Shown: piece after piece, positions 50,454 to 60,591 of the stretch
Layout of the letters: each line of letters starts with the position of its first letter
How positions within the stretch are numbered: the stretch's first letter is position 1
Virus record (IMG/VR): IMGVR_UViG_3300031933_000215
Location: 124,001-188,000 of that record
Length of the DNA: 64,000 bases
Strand: one strand, 5' to 3'
Translations under genes and position numbers: made by a program
The notes under the pieces: model-generated
Database searches by the model: none
Seen by the model: the letters and a program-made list of their open reading frames with translations, nothing else
What the model was told of the DNA's origin: nothing

Positions 50454-51773
50454 TTAACCATTACCTGTCAACTCTTCTACCGTTGGCTTACCCACAATCA
50501 GGTAGTTCGCATTTTCGTATGGGAAAATAACATACGAAACACCGCCCCGGGTGATCCGATTCATGGTCACTGGGAGCTCGCTGGTCGGACTCAGAGTCTC
50601 TGCGATTTTGACCGCTTCACTCAACAGGGTAAAGAACTCTTGAGTGCGCGGTTGCATCCGGTTGTAATCGGAAGATTCGTTAGAGACAATGAGGTAGTCC
50701 TCAAACTTACTGTAAAAGCTGGTAATGCCGTCCTGGTTTTGTGGGTTACCCACAACCCCAAATGCCAGCGACTTGTACAATAGGTTTGAAAGCTCGTACT
50801 CGTTGTTGATCCACGCATCGTTATACTGCGGTCCCAGTGTGGTCTTCCGTAACAGGCTGGTGATGTCTTTTGGCTTCACCGTAGGACTGTAGATACCCGC
50901 TTTCAGTTCACGGTTGGGTACGCCGTAATGAGTCCAGAACGGTGTGATCACAAACTCAGTGGTGATGAAGATCTCAGGTAGGATCTTGGACCAGTCATCT
51001 TCACCGTACTCGCTGTTAGCCAAGATGTAATCGACAATCGCCTGTTTCATCTTGTCGGGGTTATTACCCGCTGGACCATAAATGATGAGCAACCACTCGG
51101 TCGGGATTTCCCAACCGGTGTCGTTGGGGTCCACGTAATTAAAGCGCAGCGCTTTCAGGTCCGTGTATGGGTACTCACCCCGAGTGATTTCCACCTCACC
51201 CAGTTTCTCCACCAAGTCGAACTGATTCAACCGTTGCTGTACCCGCACCGGGTCCAAGAAGAAATCATCAATTGGGGTAAACGGTGGGATGACTTCAATC
51301 TGAGATTCGTCGTATTGGTACCGGAAGGCCGCGTCGGACAGCCAGACCGAAATGTAGTTTTCTTCACCGAGCTGCGAATCGGTAAAGCTGACCCAAGTGG
51401 GCATCCAAAGACCGTCCGAACGCTCCAACGGGCCAAATGTGAAATCGGCTATTTGATCAGCAAATTCAGCCTTGACCATCTGCAGAAAAGCGGTTCGGTC
51501 ACTGCTGATTGACTGCTCGTTGGCCCGGTCGTAAATGTACTGACCCAGCGTCAGTATACGGGTCACCAACGTCATGTTCGGGTTAACTGGTTGGTTGTCC
51601 TTTACGCTATGAAACGAAACAAGAGTCGTTACTGGAGCTTGTTCATCGGTGTGGTACGTTTTGTCTTTGGCATAGGTGGATGAATGCGTGGAAAGTTCGC
51701 CAAAACGGGCGACTGCATCACGTGTGTTATCGACCAACGTCGAATAGCTGAAAAACCCTTTCAGTACAAACAT
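50454..51773 (-). CDS. Conserved phiKZ-like virion structural protein
   Basis: MF.LKGF....L.DN....VA.FGELS..S.TY start; IYG.AGNN.D; TEF...P.W motifs. Confidence 0.65.
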   Translation of the reverse strand: MFVLKGFFSYSTLVDNTRDAVARFGELSTHSSTYAKDKTYHTDEQAPVTTLVSFHSVKDNQPVNPNMTLVTRILTLGQYIYDRANEQSISSDRTAFLQMVKAEFADQIADFTFGPLERSDGLWMPTWVSFTDSQLGEENYISVWLSDAAFRYQYDESQIEVIPPFTPIDDFFLDPVRVQQRLNQFDLVEKLGEVEITRGEYPYTDLKALRFNYVDPNDTGWEIPTEWLLIIYGPAGNNPDKMKQAIVDYILANSEYGEDDWSKILPEIFITTEFVITPFWTHYGVPNRELKAGIYSPTVKPKDITSLLRKTTLGPQYNDAWINNEYELSNLLYKSLAFGVVGNPQNQDGITSFYSKFEDYLIVSNESSDYNRMQPRTQEFFTLLSEAVKIAETLSPTSELPVTMNRITRGGVSYVIFPYENANYLIVGKPTVEELTGNG

Positions 51774-51982
51774 GCCTATTTTTCCTTTAATAAAGGTTGA
51801 AATCGATTGCGAGTTCCTATAAAATCAACGGGCGATGCGGGAGTTAACCCCCGGTCGTCGGTTCGTTCCTAATAGCAATATCGGGAGTTTAGCGCTGTTA
51901 CCTACCGTAAATGTGAAAAGACCTTCGTGACGGCCTAAGGTAGGAGTAGTATCACAACATGACAACTGTCACGAGGTAGTGC

Positions 51983-52321
51983 ATGTTATCAACCATACTA
52001 AAAGCCCTTGTGGTGGTCTGGCCTTTCTTCAAAGCCCTGATCTTTAAAGACCGTTCAGCCATGGAAGTGTTGAGCGATAATAAGCAGTTCACTGGCATGT
52101 TCGTAGTGTTGGTGGTGGTGGCTTTGATGTTTTACGTGACGTTGAACGAACTTTCTGAAACGAAAGTGGTTCTTCAAGCACGGGAGCAAGAATTGAGTCA
52201 ACTCCAAAAGCGCTGTCGAACACCGGTGGTTCCAGGTGTCAATTCGCCTGTAATAGAAAAAGACGAAGAACCGCCGTTCGATAAGAGTCCGGTCCTAGAA
52301 CTGCTGGACATCGAAGGATAA
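51983..52321 (+). CDS. Membrane protein with coiled coil (possible second i-spanin or holin-like protein)
   Basis: Hydrophobic FTGMFVVLVVVALMFYV helix then coiled coil; GAGG RBS. Confidence 0.55.
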   Translation: MLSTILKALVVVWPFFKALIFKDRSAMEVLSDNKQFTGMFVVLVVVALMFYVTLNELSETKVVLQAREQELSQLQKRCRTPVVPGVNSPVIEKDEEPPFDKSPVLELLDIEG

Positions 52322-52324
52322 AAC

Positions 52325-52732
52325 ATGGAGTTTACCATGCTGCACCGTATTGGATTACTCAGCGGTGTTGTGTTGTTGGCATTGGGTGGGTGTACCGTGC
52401 ACGTGGGGTACACCCCCAAACTTTACCTCGCCCAATCCGACCGTCTCCAAACGGATCTCGACACATCACCCACGTTTACCTTACAGAGCGAATCACGACC
52501 TGCAGTGATTCCCAATCCACCCACAACTAACGGTGGTTGTGTAATACCACCCAAACCACCAAAAGTTCCCATTCCCGAACCGCTTCAACTGGTTAACCCC
52601 ACGGTCGACAGTGATAAGAAAGTCACCGAGGTGCTGGCCAACCACGTCGTACTGCTGCGTGAGTTCATTGAAGCCGAACGGAAACGGGAACAAGAGTACC
52701 ACACCGCCCTGCGTGAAGCGTGTAATCCGTAA
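52325..52732 (+). CDS. Lipoprotein (possible second o-spanin)
   Basis: Lipobox LALGGC, Pro-rich centre, C-terminal helix ending in Cys. Confidence 0.6.
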   Translation: MEFTMLHRIGLLSGVVLLALGGCTVHVGYTPKLYLAQSDRLQTDLDTSPTFTLQSESRPAVIPNPPTTNGGCVIPPKPPKVPIPEPLQLVNPTVDSDKKVTEVLANHVVLLREFIEAERKREQEYHTALREACNP

Positions 52733-52791
52733 ATATTACCATCGGGCGTTATGGTGTAGCAGGTTCACCATAAGAAAAGGATAACGTTGTT

Positions 52792-54279
52792 TTGACTGAT
52801 ACCAATGAAAACAAAGGTTTGGGATTGGTTCTGTATGCCGATGGCAGTTTCCTACCGCGTCGCGCGGGTTGGGGTCTGCATGGGTATACCTTCACCCCCG
52901 AACCGCTCGTGAAGAAACCCAAAGGTAAATTTCTACCAAGTGAAAAAGGATATTTGGAAACCAAAGAGTTGGATCAGACGGTCACGCCGGTTGTCTACAT
53001 TGACTGTTACGGTCGGGTTGAAACCAACCCCACCAACAACACCGCCGAGCTACAAGCCGTCATCGAGGCGATCCGACTGGCCATGCGGTATCCGGTCACG
53101 CACCTGCACATTATGTCCGACAGTGAATACGTGCGCAAAGGTCTGACCAAGTACGTGAATACATGGCAGAAGAACAACTGGACCAAATCCGACGGGCAAC
53201 CAGTGGCCAACCAAGACTACTGGAAAGAACTGTTGGATGTGGAGCGGGAATGGAAGGCCGCTGACCGGACCTTGGACCTCGTGTGGGTCAAAGGTCACTC
53301 TGGGGAACCCGGCAACGACGCAGCGGATGCGAACGCTAAAACCGCCAGCAAGTCTCAACGGCGCTATCGGTTTAAGGAAACCCCGGCCGAGGAGTACGCG
53401 GCCAAATTGCCGGACGCCAACCCCTTGATCATGAAGACACGGATGTTGTTCAACATGGGTGGGGACGGTACTACCGAACGGCCTGAGAGTAATACGTATT
53501 ACCTCTACCAGCTCGGTCGCATGCAAACCTATGGTGTGAAACAACATGACACTGTGATAGAGCGACACAATAAGAGCGATCTTTTGTTGGGCCGTCGAAT
53601 TGCAGATGCCACGTTTTGTGTCCTTCAAACCCCAGAACAGGACGAGTTTCTGGAGTCGTTGATGGAAATGCACAGCGACACACATAAAAAGGAAACCATC
53701 GAGCTGGCCGTAGCACGTTTGGACAATGCCTACAAAGCATCGGTTCAACAACGCCTGCGACAACTGGGTGGGATGAGTTTGATTGGACGCAAGGTTAATC
53801 ACAGCTTGGTGACCCCGCATGAGGATTTGGTCACCAAAACCTTAGACCCGCCCCGTTTGGCTCGGGAAGCTGTGAGTCAGTTTGCCATTCTTCAAGAGCG
53901 TCTGGAGAAACATCTGGCCGGGAAGTCCGGTCGGAGCGTTACCACCAAAGACATCACCGATGCATTTTATGCGGAGGAGAAAAATGGTAACAAAAAGACT
54001 AAGGTAAAACTTCATAAACACATTACGAACAACCTACCGTACATTGAAGTTCCGGTCGAGTTCAAAGACCAGAAACTGAACATTCGGTTGGTATTGGGTG
54101 TGGACATCCCGCAACGCAACCCACTGTCACGGATTGCTGAACTCAATCCCAAGGTCAGTGCGTTGGTCGTCGCAACAGGACCAGCGGCGTACTCGTTTGC
54201 GGTCGTGTTCGAAACGGACGACGGTAATGCCATCTACCAGTCGCCGTATACCCAGTTCGTTCTCCCGTTAACCAAATAA
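52792..54279 (+). CDS. rnhA: Ribonuclease HI with long C-terminal extension
   Basis: LYADGS, TNNTAELQA, SDSEYV, WVKGHSG.PGN..AD catalytic motifs. Confidence 0.9.
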   Translation: MTDTNENKGLGLVLYADGSFLPRRAGWGLHGYTFTPEPLVKKPKGKFLPSEKGYLETKELDQTVTPVVYIDCYGRVETNPTNNTAELQAVIEAIRLAMRYPVTHLHIMSDSEYVRKGLTKYVNTWQKNNWTKSDGQPVANQDYWKELLDVEREWKAADRTLDLVWVKGHSGEPGNDAADANAKTASKSQRRYRFKETPAEEYAAKLPDANPLIMKTRMLFNMGGDGTTERPESNTYYLYQLGRMQTYGVKQHDTVIERHNKSDLLLGRRIADATFCVLQTPEQDEFLESLMEMHSDTHKKETIELAVARLDNAYKASVQQRLRQLGGMSLIGRKVNHSLVTPHEDLVTKTLDPPRLAREAVSQFAILQERLEKHLAGKSGRSVTTKDITDAFYAEEKNGNKKTKVKLHKHITNNLPYIEVPVEFKDQKLNIRLVLGVDIPQRNPLSRIAELNPKVSALVVATGPAAYSFAVVFETDDGNAIYQSPYTQFVLPLTK

Positions 54280-54296
54280 ACCCATAGGCACTTGTC

Positions 54297-54713
54297 ATGT
54301 CATCGAAACCTTCTGTAATAAGAGGATTCTACAACGTCCTTCTACATTTGTGGTTTTACCTCTGGTCCAATGCAAACGATCGATGCAAGCGCATGTTTGT
54401 ACTGTCATCCCTGTACGCACGACTCATGCGCTGCGACGAAGATGACCTGGAAGAACTCAAGGAGCTGAACGAAAACCTGGATCTCAGTAGAGACACCAGA
54501 GCTTTACGAACGCCTACGTTGTTCTCGACGTGGGTGTGGGGGAACACTTTACCGCTGGAACGTGTGAATCTTGACCGCGTGGATTCTTACGTGATGCGAT
54601 TGGTGAAGAAAACCCCGTGTTGGCTTTGGTATGCAGACCAAGAAACTCGCCGTAAAGACATTCAAGATCTGATCTTATACTGCGTGGAGCGAAAGACCAT
54701 GGCTGTGGGATGA
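54297..54713 (+). CDS. Hypothetical protein
   Basis: 138-aa ORF co-oriented after RNase H and ending before a terminator. Confidence 0.55.
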   Translation: MSSKPSVIRGFYNVLLHLWFYLWSNANDRCKRMFVLSSLYARLMRCDEDDLEELKELNENLDLSRDTRALRTPTLFSTWVWGNTLPLERVNLDRVDSYVMRLVKKTPCWLWYADQETRRKDIQDLILYCVERKTMAVG

Positions 54714-54730
54714 ACGTTCGATGAAGACGT

Positions 54731-54768
54731 CATAAAGGACTCCCCTCGTGTGGGGAGTCCTCTTATGT
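54731..54768. terminator. Bidirectional terminator
   Basis: AGGACTCCCC...GGGGAGTCCT stem between convergent genes. Confidence 0.75.
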
Positions 54769-54774
54769 CGCAAA

Positions 54775-55632
54775 TCAGCCAATGCGAATCAGTGTCCGTT
54801 CCATGTGTTTCAGTGCGGTGGTGGTGTCGATGATTCGGGTCACCTGCACCGAATACCACTCCACCCAACGACCGGCCAATTCCAGCTCGTCGGCGAGGGC
54901 TTTCAGTACTTGCTTACTGACGTTGCCGCGTTTCTTGATGGCACCGAACAACGACTCGGCAATCTTCACCAACGCTTGGGTGTCTTTCTGGACGTCCTTG
55001 GGGTTGGCTTTGGCCCACCGGACCTTGTTCACTTGATTGATGTGCGTCATGGCTTCAACGCACTGTTTGTTGTTTTCAAACAACTCACCGAAGTTAGCCT
55101 CGTTACTGCGGTTGCCTTCGATGTGCCACCGAGCCTCGGCTTCGATGTGTTTATTCAGCAGGTCGCGATTCAAGGCCATGATGCCTTCCTCAACGCGTTT
55201 TTCGTCGAGGTTGTCCAGGTCGTTCAGGTAGTACGCAAAACGCTTCCGACAGGCTTTGAGGACGTTCTCACGGATGGCGATGAGCGCTTCGAGACGTTCG
55301 GTGTCCAATTCTTTGCAGTACTGGTGAAGATTCCCCGTAAACGCCACCGGTTTGGCCACACGCACGTCGGCAAAATCGGTATAATGGTTCTTGCGCAGGA
55401 TGCCGCTGATTGACATGGCGTTCAGACCTTCCGGGCGACTGAAGTCCCACGTGGTCATGAAACGGAACGCGTCCTTCAGGGCCGCACTGAGTTTGGGCAA
55501 ACGCTCAGACACCACCTTTCCGATGTCGGATACGGCGAATGCCTCGTTGGAAACGGTTTGACAAGATTCCACCAGACGCTGAATTTCCAGAGTCTCGATG
55601 GCTGGGATTTGTGGGTTGTTGATCTCGGACAT
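54775..55632 (-). CDS. Putative head/virion protein
   Basis: VSNEAF candidate processing site near the N-terminus; helical; position beside UvsX as recalled for phiKZ-like genomes. Confidence 0.55.
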   Translation of the reverse strand: MSEINNPQIPAIETLEIQRLVESCQTVSNEAFAVSDIGKVVSERLPKLSAALKDAFRFMTTWDFSRPEGLNAMSISGILRKNHYTDFADVRVAKPVAFTGNLHQYCKELDTERLEALIAIRENVLKACRKRFAYYLNDLDNLDEKRVEEGIMALNRDLLNKHIEAEARWHIEGNRSNEANFGELFENNKQCVEAMTHINQVNKVRWAKANPKDVQKDTQALVKIAESLFGAIKKRGNVSKQVLKALADELELAGRWVEWYSVQVTRIIDTTTALKHMERTLIRIG

Positions 55633-55813
55633 AGTAAAACCTATTCAGCAGGTGGGTGGTGACGCGGGGTCACGAGTATTGTGTCATAGAATGTTCCCAT
55701 AATAAGAAGTTAACCCATGGCAGAAAAAACCACCTGAAGGCCCAATGAAGTGACTGTATGCTCACAGAAGCGCCTTTTCCTATTAACACTCAACCGGATA
55801 AGAAGCACTGTCT

Positions 55814-57274
55814 ATGTTTAACAAAGCATTTGCAAAACCACGGTTTCGACCAGCCATCAACGTTGGTTGTTTAATGGACGTTAGTACCGGTAAGTACGAG
55901 CGCGGGATTCACGGTGAGAACATCCTTAACGGGGGCATCTCCGGGATCACGGGGATCTGTGCTCGACCCAACAACTTCAAGACGGCGCTGGCGGTGTACT
56001 GCATGGCTATGCTCCGACGCTCGTGTCATCACTCGCACGCGATCACCTACGACTCTGAGGGGACACTGTATCCCGTAGGTCGTTTCACCGCCGTTTCCAA
56101 GAACGACGAGTACCTCTCTGAAATCGATTACACCGAAGACGAACAGTTCGCCTTCACGGACATCTCCCAGTACACCGGGGACGAGTTCTTTGACTTGTTC
56201 CGCAAGACCGTGAACGAGAAGACCAAGGATGAGAAATCCCATTTGGGTACCACCCCGTTTGTGGATATGCACGGCAAACCGCGCACTGCACTCTACCCGT
56301 CCGGTGGCATGATCGACTCCCTGTCGCGGATGACCGTGAAAGCGGTGGAAGACATCTACGACAAGAACGTCATTGGTGAGTCGGGCATGAACACCGAAGC
56401 CATGAACAACGGTCGGGCCAAGAAGCAGATGTTCAACCAACTACCGCAGATTTGTGCCCGTACCGGCACCTACCTGTTCCTGACCGCGCACGTAAAAGAC
56501 GTGATCAACATGGAGATGTACCCGACCGACAAACGGAACCTGTCTTACATGAAAAAGGACACGGTGCTCGAAGGTGTGTCCGGGGGGTTCTACTCGCTGC
56601 CCAACAACGTGTGGATGATCACCGCCAACAAGCCGCTGCAGAACAAAGACAAGATGCCGGAGTACCCGTGGGACAACTCCGAAGCCATGAAAGGTGACAC
56701 CGACCTCTCCATCCTCACCATGATGAACATTCGTGGGAAGAACGGGCTGTCTGGCTTCCCCATCGACATCATCGTGTCTCAATCCGAAGGGGTATTGGCC
56801 TCACTGTCCGAGTTCCATTATTGCAAGGACACCGACCGGTTTGGGCTGGGCGGTAACCTGCAGAACTATTACATGGAACTGCTTCCGGATGTGAAACTCA
56901 GTCGCACCACCGTGCGTCAGAAGCTGAACAAAGACTACCGCCTGCGTCGTGCGGTTCAGATCACGGCGGAACTGTTGCAGTTGATCCAGTTCCATCGCGA
57001 CATGGACCCGGGTCTGCTCTGTGACCCCAAGACCCTCTACGACGATCTGACTGCCATGGGGTACAACTGGGACACGCTGCTGGAAACTCGGGGGTATTGG
57101 GTGTTTGATGAAGAGCTCAAGGAACATCCACGGAAATACCTTTCCACAAAAGACCTGCTGGAGATGCGGATTGGTAAATACGTCCCGTGGTGGCTGAGCA
57201 AGGAAGAGAAAGCCAACCTGAAGATGGAGAAAGCGGCCGGCGCCAGTAAGGCGGAGGATAAATCAGCCGCATGA
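55814..57274 (+). CDS. uvsX: UvsX/RecA-like recombinase
   Basis: RP.INVGCLMD..TG, LNGG, variant Walker A ARPNNFKT, YDSE, IDSLS, RGKNG.SG. Confidence 0.8.
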   Translation: MFNKAFAKPRFRPAINVGCLMDVSTGKYERGIHGENILNGGISGITGICARPNNFKTALAVYCMAMLRRSCHHSHAITYDSEGTLYPVGRFTAVSKNDEYLSEIDYTEDEQFAFTDISQYTGDEFFDLFRKTVNEKTKDEKSHLGTTPFVDMHGKPRTALYPSGGMIDSLSRMTVKAVEDIYDKNVIGESGMNTEAMNNGRAKKQMFNQLPQICARTGTYLFLTAHVKDVINMEMYPTDKRNLSYMKKDTVLEGVSGGFYSLPNNVWMITANKPLQNKDKMPEYPWDNSEAMKGDTDLSILTMMNIRGKNGLSGFPIDIIVSQSEGVLASLSEFHYCKDTDRFGLGGNLQNYYMELLPDVKLSRTTVRQKLNKDYRLRRAVQITAELLQLIQFHRDMDPGLLCDPKTLYDDLTAMGYNWDTLLETRGYWVFDEELKEHPRKYLSTKDLLEMRIGKYVPWWLSKEEKANLKMEKAAGASKAEDKSAA

Positions 57275-57633
57275 TTGTCTACACTTACCAGTTGGCACAC
57301 TGGCGGCGATTAGCCAAAACCGGTGTGCCACTGGTTGACACAACCGTGAAAACCGGCGAGCTGCGTCTCGCGCCTTCCTGGGACATGGTCATGGGAATCA
57401 AGCGCGGGACGATCACTGAGGCGGAGTACACCCGCCTTTACCAGGCTCGTTTGGACCACTGGTGGTTTCAAGATCCTTTATTCTGGGATGAGTTGCTGAC
57501 TCATCCCGTTTTGGCGTTCGGCTGCTACTGCCGAGCGGGGACGTTTTGCCACCGTCATTTATTAGTCGAGTTCTTAAAACGCGTCACCCACGTAGAGTAT
57601 CGTGGCGAGCTGACCGGGGAACACGACCCTTAA
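57271..57633 (+). CDS. DUF488-like protein
   Basis: LAPSW, EY...Y...L, CYC....FCHRHLL motifs. Confidence 0.65.
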   Translation: MIVYTYQLAHWRRLAKTGVPLVDTTVKTGELRLAPSWDMVMGIKRGTITEAEYTRLYQARLDHWWFQDPLFWDELLTHPVLAFGCYCRAGTFCHRHLLVEFLKRVTHVEYRGELTGEHDP

Positions 57634-57651
57634 CCACATTCGGAGTTTATC

Positions 57652-57960
57652 ATGCCGCACCGCAACCACACCATCCGCACCAAAGTGTTTTACCTGATCC
57701 GCTACCACGACGTGGAGCTGGCGGAATCGTTCCTGCGTCACTGCCAACACGCCAACGACCTGGAAGACATCAACGCCTTCTTTCACCGTACCCTGGCTCA
57801 GATGACACCGGACACCACCGCCATCCGTTCGGTACTGGAAACCAACATCACCGAAGAGCAGTGGCTGCAGCGGTTTGACCAGCACGTGCTGCCGTTCCTG
57901 CGTGAGCATCGATTCCCTCCACTGTCAGGTAAAAACGTTCCGTCGCTGTATTCAGAATAA
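57652..57960 (+). CDS. Hypothetical protein
   Basis: GGAG RBS; operon position. Confidence 0.55.
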   Translation: MPHRNHTIRTKVFYLIRYHDVELAESFLRHCQHANDLEDINAFFHRTLAQMTPDTTAIRSVLETNITEEQWLQRFDQHVLPFLREHRFPPLSGKNVPSLYSE

Positions 57961-57969
57961 GGACATTCC

Positions 57970-58266
57970 ATGTCAATGGCAGAAGAGTTAGGTGTTCAAC
58001 CGGTCGTGGTGGCTGCGGCGTGTCGCGTGGGTGATGTCATGGTAGTCAGTGCCCGCCACTTCGATCTGTTGATGCATCAGCAAATCAAACAACTGGGCAT
58101 GACGAAAGACTTCCGGACCAAGGCCGAACAGGGGTTCATTGACCAGTTCGGGGAGTTCCTCGATCGGTTCGAGGCGTTGGAAGTAGCCAAGGCGGCCGGG
58201 CAGTTGAACGTCCGGCGTCCCAAAACGTTCCCTCAAGACCGGTTATTCAGCGAAGACATCTACTGA
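57970..58266 (+). CDS. Conserved small phage protein
   Basis: VVAAA, ARH, EQGFIDQ.G.FL.R.EA..VA..AGQ, LFSEDIY pattern common in phages. Confidence 0.6.
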   Translation: MSMAEELGVQPVVVAAACRVGDVMVVSARHFDLLMHQQIKQLGMTKDFRTKAEQGFIDQFGEFLDRFEALEVAKAAGQLNVRRPKTFPQDRLFSEDIY

Positions 58267-58321
58267 GCCCAGCGCGGGCTATTTTATGACAGAGCCCCCT
58301 AACACAAAGAGAGGTCATCGC

Positions 58322-58996
58322 ATGACACCCAGAGAAAAGGCCACGCAAGAATTGTTGTACTTCATCGACCGTTTCGCGCCCGGTTCCGAAAACCGGGCCA
58401 TTTATGAGAAGCGGCTGAACGCCATGTCGAACCGCGAGTTCGAAGCGTTCATTGAGCGGTTGGAATCAGGCAGTGAAACCCTGTCCTTGTTCATTCCGAA
58501 TCTGAGCGAGCACAAGCTCGACATCAACCGCAACTTCGAGATCGCCGAAGAGTTGGGTCACGAGTTCTACCAGCACTTGTACTTGACCGACCCCCAAACG
58601 GGTCAGGTGGTGAAAACCCCAGTCAAACACTTGGTGTTGATGTTGCCATTGCGTCGTCAGGCGCAGATGCTGTACAAGAAGATTTCCATACCGGAAAACA
58701 ACCGCGCTGTGGACGATCGTTCCGGCCAGCCCACCGGGCCGTCGAAAGGCGCCAGTATCTCGTACCCGGAACTGCAGGTAAACGCCGCCAAAGGTTTGGA
58801 CAACATGGTACTGGAGCTGATCAAGTACCGGGGTGGTGACACCCGGTCGTTCAACGCCATGAACCGCAGTATCATGGAAACCGGCGAAGCGTCAATGAAT
58901 GAAATCGATAGCGAAGGCGATACCACCGTAAAGTCTACTCAGACCCTCGACGTTATGCTGAAAGCCATGCACCTGAATAGCAATCTACGACAATAA
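58322..58996 (+). CDS. Virion RNA polymerase beta-subunit C-terminal fragment (phiKZ gp149-like)
   Basis: LP.RRQAQ.L.KKIS, D..SGQPTG.SKG..IS.PE, ELIKYRGGD resemble the RpoB C-terminus. Confidence 0.75.
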   Translation: MTPREKATQELLYFIDRFAPGSENRAIYEKRLNAMSNREFEAFIERLESGSETLSLFIPNLSEHKLDINRNFEIAEELGHEFYQHLYLTDPQTGQVVKTPVKHLVLMLPLRRQAQMLYKKISIPENNRAVDDRSGQPTGPSKGASISYPELQVNAAKGLDNMVLELIKYRGGDTRSFNAMNRSIMETGEASMNEIDSEGDTTVKSTQTLDVMLKAMHLNSNLRQ

Positions 58997-59005
58997 GGAA
59001 TCGCA

Positions 59006-59521
59006 ATGCTATCACTGTACGAAGAAGTCACTGTGGCCGTTACCGGCGCCATCGAAGAAGAGTTGAAGCTCCAACCGCGTGAGATGCACAATACGTTTTA
59101 CGCTTGGGCATTACGGTTGCGTCACGAGCACCGCATTTATTACATCAACGCGGACATGGCACGCGAACAACTGTGGGCCGAGCTGCGCCGGGACGAGAAA
59201 CTGCTTGACCTGATACTGCGTGCCAGCATCGGTTTTTACAACCGTTTGATGGACGATAACGGTGGCGACCACCGGTTTAGTTCGCAATGCACGACGTTGG
59301 CAAAAGGCATCAGCTCTGCAGTCAACAAAGCTGGGAGCGTTGCGGACGACACGTTCACAGAAAAAGTGCCCAAGCAGGAAACAGTGGCCAACTTGTTGCA
59401 GTCGGAAATCTGGTTGTGTTTCACCCTGTCGCTGGAGCGTTGCCTCACCCGTGTGATTCCCGGAAACCTACTCGAACCCCTGGTGGCACGAACGTCCGGG
59501 AGTAAAATAACGGAGGAATAA
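59006..59521 (+). CDS. Hypothetical protein
   Basis: AAGGA RBS; operon position. Confidence 0.55.
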   Translation: MLSLYEEVTVAVTGAIEEELKLQPREMHNTFYAWALRLRHEHRIYYINADMAREQLWAELRRDEKLLDLILRASIGFYNRLMDDNGGDHRFSSQCTTLAKGISSAVNKAGSVADDTFTEKVPKQETVANLLQSEIWLCFTLSLERCLTRVIPGNLLEPLVARTSGSKITEE

Positions 59522-59524
59522 CCC

Positions 59525-60235
59525 GTGCGTAAAATCTACATTGATTTGGACGGTCTGTTGGACACCCGACTGGGGACGGTGGCGAAGCTCAACCCCGAAG
59601 CGGCGATTCAGGTCATTCAGGGCGACCGTTATTGGGATCGGGAACACACGGACTGGCACGAACTGTCCAATGGGTACCTGAACAACGAGCAGTTCACCGA
59701 AGCCTGGGAACAGCGTGACAAGGAAACCCTGAGGGAATCCGTCATGACGTCGATCCTGGCGGTGCTGGGGCGGGTTCTGGCTGAGTACCACCAGAACATG
59801 AAAGAAGGCATGACAGCCGACGAGGTGGCGGTTGAAATCAACGTGGCCCCGTACCCGTTCGACGACGAGGAAATGGAGGAGCTGGCGGACATCCTTAAGA
59901 TGAACACGTACAAGGATCTCCCGGTGTTCTTCATCTCCCGTCCCTTGGACGAGCTCACCCCCGAATTCATCCGGGATAACTACGATGCCATGATCCTGTT
60001 TGATTTTCATCAATGGGTGCGCCACCACCACACGGCGTTGGTGAGGTGTCATTGTCGGGACGTGACGTTCATCATTCCCCGGTTGTTCGAGCGCAAACCC
60101 GAACGCCTGACGGACGAACAAAAGCGCGACGAGTTCGTGGCGTTCCGGTTGGGGTTCTTGGACCACTTGGAGCTGGAGTTCATCGACCCGTCGTGGTTCT
60201 CGATGTTCCGCCCATTGAACAAACCGCCCGAATAA
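59525..60235 (+). CDS. Conserved hypothetical protein, HAD-like N-terminus
   Basis: IYIDLDGLLDTRLGT (DxD); GGAGG RBS with GTG start. Confidence 0.55.
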   Translation: MRKIYIDLDGLLDTRLGTVAKLNPEAAIQVIQGDRYWDREHTDWHELSNGYLNNEQFTEAWEQRDKETLRESVMTSILAVLGRVLAEYHQNMKEGMTADEVAVEINVAPYPFDDEEMEELADILKMNTYKDLPVFFISRPLDELTPEFIRDNYDAMILFDFHQWVRHHHTALVRCHCRDVTFIIPRLFERKPERLTDEQKRDEFVAFRLGFLDHLELEFIDPSWFSMFRPLNKPPE

Positions 60236-60240
60236 TAAGT

Positions 60241-60265
60241 GCCGTCCTTCGGGACGGCGTTTATG
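60241..60265 (+). terminator. Rho-independent terminator
   Basis: GCCGTCC-TTCG-GGACGGC then GTTTAT; UUCG tetraloop. Confidence 0.8.
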
Positions 60266-60292
60266 CCGTCTTCAATTCCAAGCAAACTGACG

Positions 60293-60315
60293 CCTATATC
60301 ACTCAGGTGGTATAA
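60293..60315 (+). promoter_or_regulatory. Candidate early-type phage promoter
   Basis: CCTATATCACTCAGGTGGTATA, similar to 62872-62892 and to the phiKZ early motif TATATTAC. Confidence 0.4.
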
Positions 60316-60361
60316 CTCCAATCGAGTTAACCCTTATCACATTACTTTGAGGAAAAGTATC

Positions 60362-60535
60362 ATGATCATTAAAGTTGGCCCCGTAAGCTTCAACACCCGC
60401 AACAAGAAAATCAACTTGGATCGTCGGACCATCAAAGGTCAATCCGCCGCCAAACACGTCACCTACATTGCCGTGGGTGCCGCTGCAACCGCCGGTGTGG
60501 CCGCTGCGGTGAACTTCGTCAACCGTCAGTTTTAA
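60362..60535 (+). CDS. Small basic protein with C-terminal hydrophobic helix
   Basis: GAGGA RBS, ATG 60362; YIAVGAAATAGVAAAV. Confidence 0.5.
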   Translation: MIIKVGPVSFNTRNKKINLDRRTIKGQSAAKHVTYIAVGAAATAGVAAAVNFVNRQF

Positions 60536-60591
60536 TCGTAGGGTTTGTCAATGATGTGCATTATACTCAATTCAAAAGAGGAGTGATGACC

